Source: Centroscyllium fabricii
Taxonomy: Eukaryota
Assembly (NCBI GenBank): GCA_051313645.2
Contig: JBNRSN020000014.1
Coordinates: forward strand, 151,900,001-151,964,000
Length of the DNA stretch: 64,000 bases
Direction of reading: 5' to 3'
Positions within the stretch are counted from its first letter, which is position 1, and every line of letters starts with the position of its first letter. This document shows positions 52,201 to 63,067 of the stretch, piece by piece. The notes under the pieces were generated by a model. The model worked only from the letters and a program-made list of their open reading frames with translations, was not told the DNA's origin and ran no database searches. The translations under genes and the position numbers were made by a program.

Positions 52201-55200
52201 ACTGAGAGAGGATTGACTGAGAGAGGATTGACTGAGAGAGGATTGACTGAGGGAGGACTGACAGAGAGGATTGATTGAGGGAGTATTCACTGAGAGACGA
52301 TTGACTGAGGGAGGATTGACTGAGAGAGGATTGACTGAGAGAGAACTGACTGAGAGAGGATTGACTGAGGGAGGATTGACTGAGAGACGATTTACTGAGA
52401 GAGAACTGACTGTGAGAGGATTGACTGAGGGAGGATTGACTGAGAGAGGATTGACTGAGAGAGGACTGACTGAGAGAGGATTGACTGAGAGAGAACTGAC
52501 TGAGAGAGGATTGACTGAGAGAGGATTGACTGATAGAGGACTGACTGAGGGAGGACTGACTGAGGGAGTATTGACTGAGAAATAACTGACTGAGAGAAGA
52601 TTGACTGAGGGAGAACTGACTGAGGGAGAACTGACTGAGGGAGAACTGACTGAGAGAGGATTGACTGAGGGAGAACTGACTGAGAGAGAACTGACTGAGA
52701 GAGAACTGACTGAGAGAGGATTGACTGAGAGAGGATTGACTGAGAGAGGATTGACTGCGAGAGGACTGACTGAGAGAGGACTGACTGAGAGAGAACTGAC
52801 TGAGGGAGGATTGACTGAGGGAGGATTGACTGAGGGAGGATTGACTGAGAGAGGATTGACTGAGAGACGACTGACTGACAGAGGACTGACTGAGAGAGGA
52901 TTGACTGAGATAGGATTGACTGAGGGAGGATTGACTGAGAGAGGATTGACTGAGGGAGGATTGAATGAGAGAGGATTGACTGAGGGAGGATTGACTGAGA
53001 GAGAACTGACTCAGAGAAGATGGACCGAGGGAGGATTGACTGAGAGAGGATTGACTAAGAGAGAACTGACTGAGAGAGGATTGACTGAGGGAGGAATGAC
53101 TGAGAGAGGATTGACTGAGAGAGAACTGACTGAGAGAGGATTGACTGAGAGAGGATTGACTGAGAGAGGATTGACTGAGGGAGGATTGACTGAGGGAGGA
53201 TTGACTGAGAGAGAACTGACTGAGAGATGACTGACTGAGGGAGGTTTGACTGAGAGAGAACTGACTGAGAGCGGATTGACTGAGGGAGGATTGACTGAGA
53301 GAGGATTGACTCAGAGAGGATTGATTGAGGGAGGATTGAATGAGAGAGGATTGACTGAGAGAGGATTGACTGGGAGAGGATTGACTCAGAGAATTGACTG
53401 TGAGAGGACTGACTGAGAGAGGACTGATTGAGAGAGGACTGACTGACAGAGAACTGACTGAGGGAGGAATGACTGAGAGAGGATTGACTAAGAGAGAACT
53501 GACGGAGAGAGGACTGAGAGAGGACTGACTGAGGGAGGATTGACTGAGCGAGGATTGACTGAGAGAGGATTGACGGAGAGATGATTGACTGAGGGAGGAT
53601 TGACTGAGAGAGGATTGACTGAGGGAGGATTGACTGAGAGAGAACTGACTGAGAGAAGATTGACTGAGGGAGGATTGACTGAGAGAGGATTGACTGAGGG
53701 AGGACTGACTGAGAGAGGACTGACTGAGAGAAGATTGACTGAGAGAGGATTGACTGAGAGAGGATTGACTGATAGAGGACTGACTGAGGGAGGACTGACT
53801 GAGAGAGGATTGACTGAGAAATAACTGACTGAGAGGATTGACTGAGGGAGAACTGACTGAGGGAGAACTGACAGAGAGGATTGACTGAGGGAGAACTGAC
53901 TGAGAGAGAACAGACTGAGAGAGAACTGACTGAGAGAGGATTGACTGAGGGAGGATTGACTGAGGGAGGATTGACTGAGGGAGGATTGACTGAGAGAGGA
54001 TTGACTGAGAGAGGACTGACTGAGAGAGGATTGACTGAGGGAGGATTGACTGAGAGAGGATTGACTGAGAGAGGATTGACTGAGAGAGAACTGACTGAGA
54101 GAGAACTGACTGAGAGAGAACTGACTGAGAGAGGATTGACTGAGGGAGGATTGACTGAGAGAGGATTGACTGAGAGAGAACTGACTGAGAGAGGATTGAC
54201 TGAGGGATGATTGACTGAGAGAGGATTGACTGAGAGAAGAGTGACTGTGAGAGGATTGACTGAGGGAGGATTGACTGAGAGAGAACTGACTGAGAGAGGA
54301 TTGACTGAGGGAGGATTGACTGAGAGAGGATTGACTGAGGGAGGATTGACTGAGAGAGGATTGGCTGAGAGAGAACTGACTGAGAGAGGATTGACTGAGG
54401 GAGGATTGACTGAGAGAGGATTGACTGAGAGAGAACTGACTGAGAGAGGATTGACTGAGGGAGGATTGACTGAGAGAGGATTGACTGAGAGAGGACTGAC
54501 TGAGGGAGGATTGACTGAGAGAGAAGTGACTGAGAGAGGATTGACTGTGAGAGGATTGACTGATAGAGGACTGTCTGAGGGAGGACTGACAGAGAGAGGA
54601 TTGACTGAGAAGTAACTGACTGAGAGAGGATTGACTGAGGGAGAACTGACTGAGGGAGAACTGACTGAGAGAGGATTGACTGAGGGAGAACTGACTGAGA
54701 GAGAACTGACTGAGAGAGAACTGACTGAGAGAGGATTGACTGAGAGAGGATTGACTGAGAGAGGATTGACTGCGAGAGGACTGACTGAGAGAGAACTGAC
54801 TGAGGGAGGATTGATTGAGGGAGGATTGACTCAGGGAGGATTGACTGAGAGAGGATTGACTGAGAGAGGACTGACTGAGAGAGGACTGACTGAGAGAGGA
54901 TTGACTGAGAGAGGTTTGACTGAGGGAGGATTGACTGAGAGAGGATTGACTGAGGGAGGATTGAATGAGAGAGAATTGACTGAGGGAGGATTGACTGAGA
55001 GAGAACTGACTCAGAGAGGATTGACTGAGGGAGGATTGAATGAGAGAGAATTGACTGAGAGAGAACTGACTGGGAGAGGATTGACTGAGGGAGGAATGAC
55101 TGAGAGAGGATTGACTGAGAGAGAACTGAATGAGAGAGGATTGACTGAGAGAGGATTGACTGAGGGAGGATTGACTGAGAGAGAACTGACTGAGAGAGTA

Positions 55201-57430
55201 TTTACTGAGGGAGGATTGACTGAGAGAGGATTGACTGAGGGAGGATTGACTGAGAGAAGATTGACTGAGAGATAACTGACTGAGAGAGGATTGACTGAGG
55301 GAGAACTGACTGAGAGAGAACTGCCTGAGAGAGAACTGACTGAGAGAGTATAGACTGAGAGAGAACTGACTGAGGGAGGACCGACTGAGAGAGGATTGAC
55401 TGAGAGAGGATTGACTGAGGGAGGATTGAATGAGAGAGGATTGACTGAGGGAGGATTGACTGAGAAGACTGACTGAGGGAGAACTGACTGAGAGAGGATT
55501 GACTGAGGGAGGATTGATTGAGAGAGGATTGATTCGGAGAGGATTGACTGAGGGAGGATTGAATGAGAGAGGATTGACTGAGGGAGGATTGACTGAGGGA
55601 GAACTGACTGAGGGATAACTGACTGAGGGAGAACTGACTGAGAGAGGATTGACTGAGAGAGGACTGACTGAGAGAGGACTGACTGAGAGAGGACTGACTG
55701 AGGGAGGATTTACTGAGAGATCATTGACTGATAGAGGATTGACTGAGAGAGAACTGACTGAGAGAGGATTGACTGAGGGAGGACTGACTGAGAGAGAACT
55801 GACTGAGAGAGGACTCACTGAGAGAGGATTGACTGAGAGAGAACTGACTGAGGGAGGACTGACTGAGAGAGGATTGACTGAGAGAGAACTGTTGAGAGAG
55901 GATTGACTGAGGGAGGAATGACTGAGAGAGAACTGACTGAGAGAGGACTGACTGAGAGAGGATTGACTGAGGGAGGATTAACTGAGAGAGGATTGACTGA
56001 GAGAGAACTGACTGAGAGAGGATTGACTGAGGGAGGTTTGACTGAGAGAGGATTGACTGAGGGAGGATTGACTGAGAGAGAACTGACTGAGTGAGGATTG
56101 ACTGAGAGAGGATTGACTGAGAGAGGACTGACTGAGAGAGGACTGACTGAGGGAGGATTTACTGAGAGAGCATTGACTGATAGAGGATTGACTGAGAGAG
56201 AACTGACTGAGAGAGGATTGACTGAGGGAGGACTGACTGAGAGAGAACTGACTGAGAGAGGATTGACTGAGAGAGGATTGACTGAGAGAGGATTGACTGA
56301 GGGAGGATTGACTGAGAGAGAACTGACTGAGTGAGGATTGACTGAGAGAGGATTGACTGAGGGAGGATTGACTGAGAGAGAACTGACTGAGAGAGAACTG
56401 ACTGAGAGACGATTGACTGAGGGAGGATTCACTGAGAGAGGATTGACTGAGACAGAACTGACTGAGAGAGGATTGACTGAGGGAGGATTGACTGAGAGAG
56501 GATTGACTGAGAGAGAACTGACTGAGAGAGGATTGACTGAGAGAGGATTGACTGAGCGAGGATTGACTGAGGGAGGGTTGACTGAGAGAGAACTGACTGA
56601 CAGAAGATTGACTGAGGGAGGATTGACTGAGAGAGGATTGACTGAGGGAGGATTGACTGAGAGAGGATTGACTGAGAGAGAACTGACTGAGAGAGGATTG
56701 ACTGAGAGAGAACTGACTGAGGGAGGACTGACTGAGAGAGGATTGACTGTGAGAGGAATGACTCAGAGAACTGACTGAGAGAGGACTGACTGAGTGAGGA
56801 CTGATTGAGGGAGGACTGACTGAGAGAGGATTGACTGAGCGAGGATTGACTGAGAGAGGATTGACTGAGGGAGGATTGACTGAGAGAGGATTGACTGAGG
56901 GAGGATTGACTGAGAGAGAACTGACTGAGAGAGGATTGACTGAGGGAGAACTGACTGAGAGAGAACTGACTGAGAGAGAACTGACTGAGAGAGTATAGAC
57001 TGAGAGAGAACTGACTGAGGGAGGACCGACTGAGAGAGGATTGACTGAGAGAGGATTGACTGAGGGAGGATTGAATGAGAGAGGATTGACTGAGGGAGGA
57101 TTGACTGAGAAGACAGACTGAGGGAGAACTGACTGAGAGAGGATTGACTGAGGGAGGATTGATTGAGAGAGGATTGACTCGGAGAGGATTGACTGAGGGA
57201 GGATTGAATGAGAGAGGATTGACTGAGGGAGGACTGACTGAGGGAGAACTGACTGAGGGAGAACTGACTGAGGGAGAACTGACTGAGAGAGGATTGACTG
57301 AGAGAGGACTGACTGAGAGAGGACTGACTGAGGGAGGATTTACTGAGAGAGCATTGACTGATAGAGGATTGACTGAGAGAGAACTGACTGAGAGAGGATT
57401 GACTGAGGGAGGACTAACTGAGAGAGAACT
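37250..57430. repeat. Patchwork of ~2.7-kb and ~4.9-5.7-kb higher-order duplications (boundaries approximate)
   Basis: Recurrent variant strings at 37601/40323/45865/50809, 43069/47921/53585 and 45415/50359/55903; rare variant GATTCGGAGAGG near 45044, 49988, 55531. Confidence 0.82.
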
Positions 57431-57439
57431 GACTGAGAG

Positions 57440-57991
57440 TGTAATGGTTCGGTTTCGAACCCAATAGCAGAACACCGGAGACAGTCTATAGTAAATGGGT
57501 GCTTTAATCCTGATTATAACAACAGTGCATATAGAGATATCAAAACACATAGAGTATAATCCACAATGCACAACAAAGATAACAATAGTCCAAGATACCG
57601 ATAGCCGGTAAGCCAGAGTTCAAATGTCCAAACCCCAATCCTTGGTGGTTGAAAAAGCAAGGCCCAAAAGTCTGGTGCTGCAGTACTCCCAATAATCACA
57701 GTTCAGGAAAGGACACTCCTTGTTCGGTGTAACAGGTAATCCCACACGGCAGGAACCAGGAATCCAAAACGATTGGAAACGAATACAAATATAACTCCAG
57801 AAGTAACAGGCTACAGGAAATAACAGAACTCTTAAACAAGCAGCATAGAAATAACACTCCGACAAAGTCCTAGGGCTAACAGGTGGCTTATATCTAGAAT
57901 TTAGACCAATCAGATGTGTTACATTACAATAGGTGATGATCCAATAATGAACTGCAGCCTAGACATTTAAAGTGACAGTCCACCCATGACA
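57440..57991 (-). repeat. 3' LTR
   Basis: TGTAATGG...CATGACA; differs from 62516-63067 only at 57512 (G) vs 62588 (A) by eye; ATTAAA on the minus strand at 57503-57508. Confidence 0.97.
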
Positions 57992-57994
57992 GAA

Positions 57995-58004
57995 CCCCCC
58001 CCTT
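57995..58004 (-). other. Polypurine tract
   Basis: Minus strand AAGGGGGGGG ends 3 nt before the 3' LTR. Confidence 0.9.
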
Positions 58005-58068
58005 AAGGGACGCCACCTGACGTCCCCAAAACCCAACCGCCGACAACCGGGTTGGCGGGGAGAAGGAA

Positions 58069-61000
58069 CTAACAATTTTCGGGTCTCTCGTCAATGTCCA
58101 TCTCCTCATCTGGTTGGACAGAATCATCCTGCCCCATTATTTCAGGGCCCTCGTCATCAGAAGCCACCCTATCGTCCAGGTCCACCTGACTCAAAATGGG
58201 GTCGAAAACCTGTCCAGGTCTCCTAGGAATCGCCTTCCCCTTTCTCGGTTGACCAGGGTGTTGTTTGCGAAAGTCGGAAATAAGTTTGGGATCCATGATA
58301 TTCCGAGCAGGGACCCAGGACCTCTCCTCAGGACCATACCCCTCCCAGTCCACTAGGTACTGAAGTCCCTTTCCTCGGCGACGGGAGTCAAGCAAACGAC
58401 GGACCGTGTACACTAATCCCCCGTCGAGCATACGAGGAGGTGGAGGGGGTGCGGAAACGGGTACTAAGGCACTCTCCTGAGCAGGCTTTATACGTGACAC
58501 GTGGAAAGTGGGATGAACCCTCATGGAACTGGGGAGCTTGAGTCGTACCGCAGCAGGGTTAATGATCCTTTCAACCACGAACGGTCCGATAAATCTTGGA
58601 GCGAGTTTTTTGGACTCCACTTGGAGAGGCAGATCCTTTGTGGAGAGCCAAACCTTCTGCCCGACCCGATACTCCGGAGCAGTAGAACGACGACGGTTGG
58701 CCGAAGCCGAGTATCGATCCGCCGAGCGAAGCAGCGACATCCGCGCTTGTTCCCATGTCCTATGGCATCGTTGGATGAAGTCCTGGACGGACGGACAAGA
58801 TACCTCCTTCTCTAGGTCCGGAAACAATGGAGGCTGGAACCCATATGCGCACTGAAAGGGCGAAAGTCCTGTAGCGGAACTAGTCAGCGTGTTGTGCGCA
58901 TACTCCACCCACAATAGTAATGTGGACCAGGAAGAGGGATTTTTGGAGATCATGCACCGAAGTGCCTTCTCCATCTCCTGATTCATCCTCTCCGATTGTC
59001 CATTAGACTGGGGATGGAATCCCGACGACAGACTGACCTTGGCCCCGATGAGACTGCAGAATTCTCTCCAAAATATAGAAGTAAATTGGGGACCTCGATC
59101 AGAAACCACATCCACCGGAAGCCCATGAAGCCGAAACACGTGCTGCAACATGAGCTCTGCAGTTTCCTTAGCAGAGGGCAGCTTAGCCAAGGGTATAAAA
59201 TGTGCCATCTTGCTAAACCTGTCCACCACCGTTAGCACCGTGGTCAGTCCCTTGGATGAGGGTAGTCCTGTGACAAAATCCAGGGCTATGTGAGACCAAG
59301 GCCGATGGGGTATAGGCAATGGTTGAAGCAGGCCAGCAGGTGCCCGCCGAGAAGACTTGTGCTGGTTGCAAATCGGACAGGCATTGACGAAACTCCGAGT
59401 ATCCTCCTCTAGCGTGTCCCACCAGAACCTTCGCAAAATCACCTCCTTGGTCCTGAGTGCCCCAAGATGGCAGGACAGCTTGGACGCATGAGCCCACTGA
59501 AGGACATCCGATCGAATGTTCTTAGGCACAAACAAACGGTCGGGAGGACAACCGCTGGGCCCGCCCTGCTCCCCCGCAGCTGCTCTTACCCTCTCCTCGA
59601 TCTCCCATGTAACCGCAGCAATACGGCAGGAGGCTGGCAAAATGAGGTCTGGCCCTGGGGCGGAACCCTCCTCTCTCGTAAATAGGCGCGATAGAGCATC
59701 GGGTTTGACGTTGCGGGAGCCAGGCCTGTAGGAGAGGGTGAAGTGGAATCGCGTAAAAAAAAGAGACCACCTAGCCTGACGTGAATTTAGCCTTTTGGCC
59801 GTACGTATATACTCCAAATTTTTGTGATCCGTCCACAAAAGAAATGGCAGCTTGGTCCCCTCCAGCCAGTGGCGCCACTCCTCTAAGGCCATCTTGACCG
59901 CCAGCAATTCTCTGTCCCCGATATCATAATTCATTTCTGCTGGTGAAAGACGCTTGGAGAAGAAGGCACATGGATGGATCTTCTGGTCCGAAACTGACTT
60001 CTGCGACAAGATGGCTCCAACTCCCACATCCGATGCATCCACCTCTACTACAAATTGTTGATCCGGGTCAGGCACCTGCAGAATGGGAGCCGAAGTAAAG
60101 CGGGACCTAAGTTCCTTAAACGCCTCCTCAGCAGCGATAGACCATCTGAATGGCACCTTCGATGATGTAAGCGCCGATAATGGTGCCGCTACCGTGCTAT
60201 AGCCCCGAATAAATCTTCGGTAAAAGTTAGCGAAACCCAAGAACCGTTGTAATTGCTTGCGATTCTCCGGACTAGGCCAAGACGTAACGGCTGTCACCTT
60301 CTCCGGGTCCATTCGCACGCTCCCCTGCGCGATGATATAACCCAGGAATGAAACGGTGGTCACATGAAACTCACATTTCTCGGCTTTCACAAATAAAGAG
60401 TTTTCTTGGAGCCTTTGCAAAACCGTCTGTACGTGATGCACATGCTCCTCCTGAGTCTTTGAAAATATCAGAATATCGTCCATGTACACAAAAACAAAAA
60501 TATTCAGCATGTCCCGAAGAACGTCGTTGACCAGGGCTTGAAATACCGCCGGGGCGTTGGTTAACCCGAACGGCATAACTAGATATTCGTAATGGCCAGA
60601 CGGAGTGTTGAAAGCGGTTTTCCACTCATCGCCCTCTCTTATCCGGACCAGATGGTACGCGTTGCGCAGATCCAATTTAGAAAAGATGGTAGCTCCCTGA
60701 ATTAATTCAAATGCTGACGAGATAAGAGGCAGAGGATACCGATTCTTGATAGTGATATCATTAAGTCCTCTATAATCGATACAAGGCCGGAGCGAACCGT
60801 CCTTCTTGCCAACGAAGAAGAATCCTGCCCCTGCTGGTGAAGAGGAAGAACGGATGATCCCAGCAGATATTGAGTCCTCGATATAGACCTCCATGGCCTT
60901 CCTCTCAGGTGCTGATAGTGAATACAGGCGCCCCCTGGGTGGAGAGGAGCCTGGTAATAAATCAATAGCACAATCGTATGGGCGATGTGGAGGTAGCGAA

Positions 61001-61566
61001 GTGGCTCTAGCCTTACTAAATACCTCCCTGAAATCATGATACTCGGTAGGAACCGCAGAGAGATCAGAACTGGGAAGAGGTGTGACCGACTGACGGCCTC
61101 CAGTGGCTTGTTTTAAGCAGACTTGGTGACAGGAATGACTCCAACCCAAAATGGCTCCCGTGTTCCAGTCAATGTGGGGATTGTGACGACGAAGCCACGC
61201 GTGTCCCAGAATAAGAGGAAGCTGAGGCGAATCCAGGATATGGAACCGAATGCTTTCATGATGATTCCCTGAAAACAATAAGTGAATGGGCGACGTCTGA
61301 TGAGTCACTGTTCCCAGAAGGTGGCCATCAAGAGCGTTGGCAGCAACAGGTTGCGGCAGTGGACACCGGTCGATCCCCAACTGTGTAACCAGCTCTTTAT
61401 CAATGATATTAACATCTGCCCCTGAGTCGATGAATATGGCAAACTTCCGAGATCCTGACGGCAGAAGAAGTCGAGCCTGGCACAAAGGCCATGAATTTGA
61501 AGAGAGTCTAATCGGAGTTCGGCTCACCAGTACGACTCCCTCTACTGGTGAGTCTGGTCTTTTACC
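58069..61566 (-). CDS. pol: Pol polyprotein (protease, RT, RNase H, integrase, chromodomain), probably expressed as Gag-Pol by -1 frameshift
   Basis: IDSGAD; [17 protein letters not shown]; DASDVG, TDHKNL; H..H..CPIC, ALDFVT, SDRGPQF, GQSERMN; IGPF; [22 protein letters not shown]. No stops over ~1165 codons. Confidence 0.96.
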   Translation of the reverse strand, partial: GKRPDSPVEGVVLVSRTPIRLSSNSWPLCQARLLLPSGSRKFAIFIDSGADVNIIDKELVTQLGIDRCPLPQPVAANALDGHLLGTVTHQTSPIHLLFSGNHHESIRFHILDSPQLPLILGHAWLRRHNPHIDWNTGAILGWSHSCHQVCLKQATGGRQSVTPLPSSDLSAVPTEYHDFREVFSKARATSLPPHRPYDCAIDLLPGSSPPRGRLYSLSAPERKAMEVYIEDSISAGIIRSSSSPAGAGFFFVGKKDGSLRPCIDYRGLNDITIKNRYPLPLISSAFELIQGATIFSKLDLRNAYHLVRIREGDEWKTAFNTPSGHYEYLVMPFGLTNAPAVFQALVNDVLRDMLNIFVFVYMDDILIFSKTQEEHVHHVQTVLQRLQENSLFVKAEKCEFHVTTVSFLGYIIAQGSVRMDPEKVTAVTSWPSPENRKQLQRFLGFANFYRRFIRGYSTVAAPLSALTSSKVPFRWSIAAEEAFKELRSRFTSAPILQVPDPDQQFVVEVDASDVGVGAILSQKSVSDQKIHPCAFFSKRLSPAEMNYDIGDRELLAVKMALEEWRHWLEGTKLPFLLWTDHKNLEYIRTAKRLNSRQARWSLFFTRFHFTLSYRPGSRNVKPDALSRLFTREEGSAPGPDLILPASCRIAAVTWEIEERVRAAAGEQGGPSGCPPDRLFVPKNIRSDVLQWAHASKLSCHLGALRTKEVILRRFWWDTLEEDTRSFVNACPICNQHKSSRRAPAGLLQPLPIPHRPWSHIALDFVTGLPSSKGLTTVLTVVDRFSKMAHFIPLAKLPSAKETAELMLQHVFRLHGLPVDVVSDRGPQFTSIFWREFCSLIGAKVSLSSGFHPQSNGQSERMNQEMEKALRCMISKNPSSWSTLLLWVEYAHNTLTSSATGLSPFQCAYGFQPPLFPDLEKEVSCPSVQDFIQRCHRTWEQARMSLLRSADRYSASANRRRSTAPEYRVGQKVWLSTKDLPLQVESKKLAPRFIGPFVVERIINPAAVRLKLPSSMRVHPTFHVSRIKPAQESALVPVSAPPPPPRMLDGGLVYTVRRLLDSRRRGKGLQYLVDWEGYGPEERSWVPARNIMDPKLISDFRKQHPGQPRKGKAIPRRPGQVFDPILSQVDLDDRVASDDEGPEIMGQDDSVQPDEEMDIDERPENC
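61500..61566 (-). promoter_or_regulatory. -1 ribosomal frameshift signal (slippery heptamer plus stem-loop/pseudoknot)
   Basis: G_GUA_AAA (61566-61560), 7-nt spacer, perfect 10-bp stem CUCACCAGUA/UACUGGUGAG; loop GAGGGAGUC can pair with downstream GACUCUCUU. Pol is in the -1 frame. Confidence 0.75.
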
Positions 61567-62498
61567 GGGCATCCTACGACAAAATGGCCGGCCTGACCAC
61601 AGTATAGGCATAAACCCCTCCTGCGGCGCCGACTGCGCTCTAATGGCGAAATGCCTGTGCGGCCCAACTGCATGGGTTCGGGAATCCCTGACGTGGCCGA
61701 ATCTCTGGGCGCCACGAATCTCTCCTGAACCCGTTTACCAGGATGATGACCCGTCTCTCCCAATCCTCTCTCACGCTGTCGTGCCTGGATCCTTAGATCG
61801 ATCCTCGTAACCAGACTGATGATCTCATCCAAAGTAGAAGGGAGATTATGTGATACTAATTCATCCTTGACGTATCCCGCCAATCCATGCAGGAAAACCT
61901 CACATTGGGCAGCCATGTTCCAATTGCTCCGACGAGCCTTGATCCGAAAATCAATGGCATAGTCCACCACAGTCTGATTTCCCTGGTTCATACTCATAAG
62001 GCCCTCAGCCGTCTCCACCTCAAAGGCTACCCTGCCAAAAACTCTTCTCAACTCCTCAGAAAATGTTCTGAAAGAAACGCATGCCGGAGTATCTCTCTCC
62101 CACTCGGCAGTACCCCAGAGTCTAGCTCTCCCCGAGAGATGGTTGATCATAAATGCTACTCTTGCCTTCTCGCTGGCAAAGGTGCACGGTTGTAGGGAAA
62201 ACAAAATAGAACAGTTCGTAATGAAGGGGTCGCACTGTTCTGGTTCACCAGCATAATGCTCTGGTACTCCAACCCGGGGCTCGGGTGTGAAGCTCTGAAG
62301 TAGAGGCAGGGAAACTGATTCAGCTGTTGAAACAGGTTCCGGTGTGGAAGAAGTCCCTGCTGGGTTAGCTACAGCGAACGCCCTCAAGTCAGATATTAGC
62401 CGTTCTATTTTAGAGAACAAATCCCCAAAAGCCTGACCCTGATGTGTCAGGACCTCCTCCATGCGCGCCAGACGTCCCGGTGTGTCCGCTGGGTTCAT
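61542..62498 (-). CDS. gag: Gag (capsid plus CCHC zinc knuckle), ~318 aa
   Basis: MNPADT start 18 nt after the 5' LTR; [45 protein letters not shown]. Confidence 0.94.
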   Translation of the reverse strand: MNPADTPGRLARMEEVLTHQGQAFGDLFSKIERLISDLRAFAVANPAGTSSTPEPVSTAESVSLPLLQSFTPEPRVGVPEHYAGEPEQCDPFITNCSILFSLQPCTFASEKARVAFMINHLSGRARLWGTAEWERDTPACVSFRTFSEELRRVFGRVAFEVETAEGLMSMNQGNQTVVDYAIDFRIKARRSNWNMAAQCEVFLHGLAGYVKDELVSHNLPSTLDEIISLVTRIDLRIQARQRERGLGETGHHPGKRVQERFVAPRDSATSGIPEPMQLGRTGISPLERSRRRRRGLCLYCGQAGHFVVGCPVKDQTHQ

Positions 62499-62503
62499 GA
62501 TTG

Positions 62504-62514
62504 GTCGGGGTGTT
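62504..62514 (-). promoter_or_regulatory. Primer-binding site, probably self-priming type
   Basis: No TGG after the LTR; AACACCCCGAC is complementary (10/11) to GTCGGAGTGTT at 62939-62929 within the LTR. Confidence 0.65.
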
Positions 62515-62515
62515 C

Positions 62516-63067
62516 TGTAATGGTTCGGTTTCGAACCCAATAGCAGAACACCGGAGACAGTCTATAGTAAATGGGTGCTTTAATCCTAATTATAACAACA
62601 GTGCATATAGAGATATCAAAACACATAGAGTATAATCCACAATGCACAACAAAGATAACAATAGTCCAAGATACCGATAGCCGGTAAGCCAGAGTTCAAA
62701 TGTCCAAACCCCAATCCTTGGTGGTTGAAAAAGCAAGGCCCAAAAGTCTGGTGCTGCAGTACTCCCAATAATCACAGTTCAGGAAAGGACACTCCTTGTT
62801 CGGTGTAACAGGTAATCCCACACGGCAGGAACCAGGAATCCAAAACGATTGGAAACGAATACAAATATAACTCCAGAAGTAACAGGCTACAGGAAATAAC
62901 AGAACTCTTAAACAAGCAGCATAGAAATAACACTCCGACAAAGTCCTAGGGCTAACAGGTGGCTTATATCTAGAATTTAGACCAATCAGATGTGTTACAT
63001 TACAATAGGTGATGATCCAATAATGAACTGCAGCCTAGACATTTAAAGTGACAGTCCACCCATGACA
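62516..63067 (-). repeat. 5' LTR
   Basis: 552 bp, near-identical to 57440-57991. Confidence 0.97.
62964..62986 (-). promoter_or_regulatory. Putative LTR promoter (CCAAT-like box and TATAA)
   Basis: ATTGG at 62986-62982 and TATAA at 62968-62964 on the minus strand, ~25 nt upstream of the predicted transcript start (~62939). Confidence 0.55.

Larger units (their letters stand above)
7074..57439. repeat. 15-bp minisatellite, main block (~50 kb), interrupted only by three LINE-fragment islands
   Basis: Same monomer and same orientation throughout; 13- and 11-bp deletion variants shift the phase. Confidence 0.99.
57440..63067 (-). mobile_element. Full-length Ty3/Gypsy chromovirus LTR retrotransposon (Tf1/sushi type), 5628 bp
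   Basis: Two 552-bp TG...CA LTRs, 5-bp TSD GAGAG (57435-57439, 63068-63072), intact gag and pol (PR-RT-RH-IN-chromodomain), PPT. Confidence 0.97.

Noticed and set aside
7074-57439. CRISPR array, telomeric repeat, Ig switch region or zinc-finger coding array
   Set aside because: No unique spacers, no TTAGGG, no AGCT-rich pentamers, no 84-bp C2H2 period.
60474-60487. YMDD instead of the usual Gypsy YLDD (and YSDD in the LINE)
   Set aside because: Single-residue variation at the variable position of YxDD; not evidence of a different element class.
57514-62941. Small ORFs in the LTRs and antisense to gag/pol; gag start at 62540; pol start at 61611
   Set aside because: No recognisable motifs; 62540 is a TTG inside the LTR, and pol is better explained by frameshifting at 61560-61566. 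No env-like ORF.
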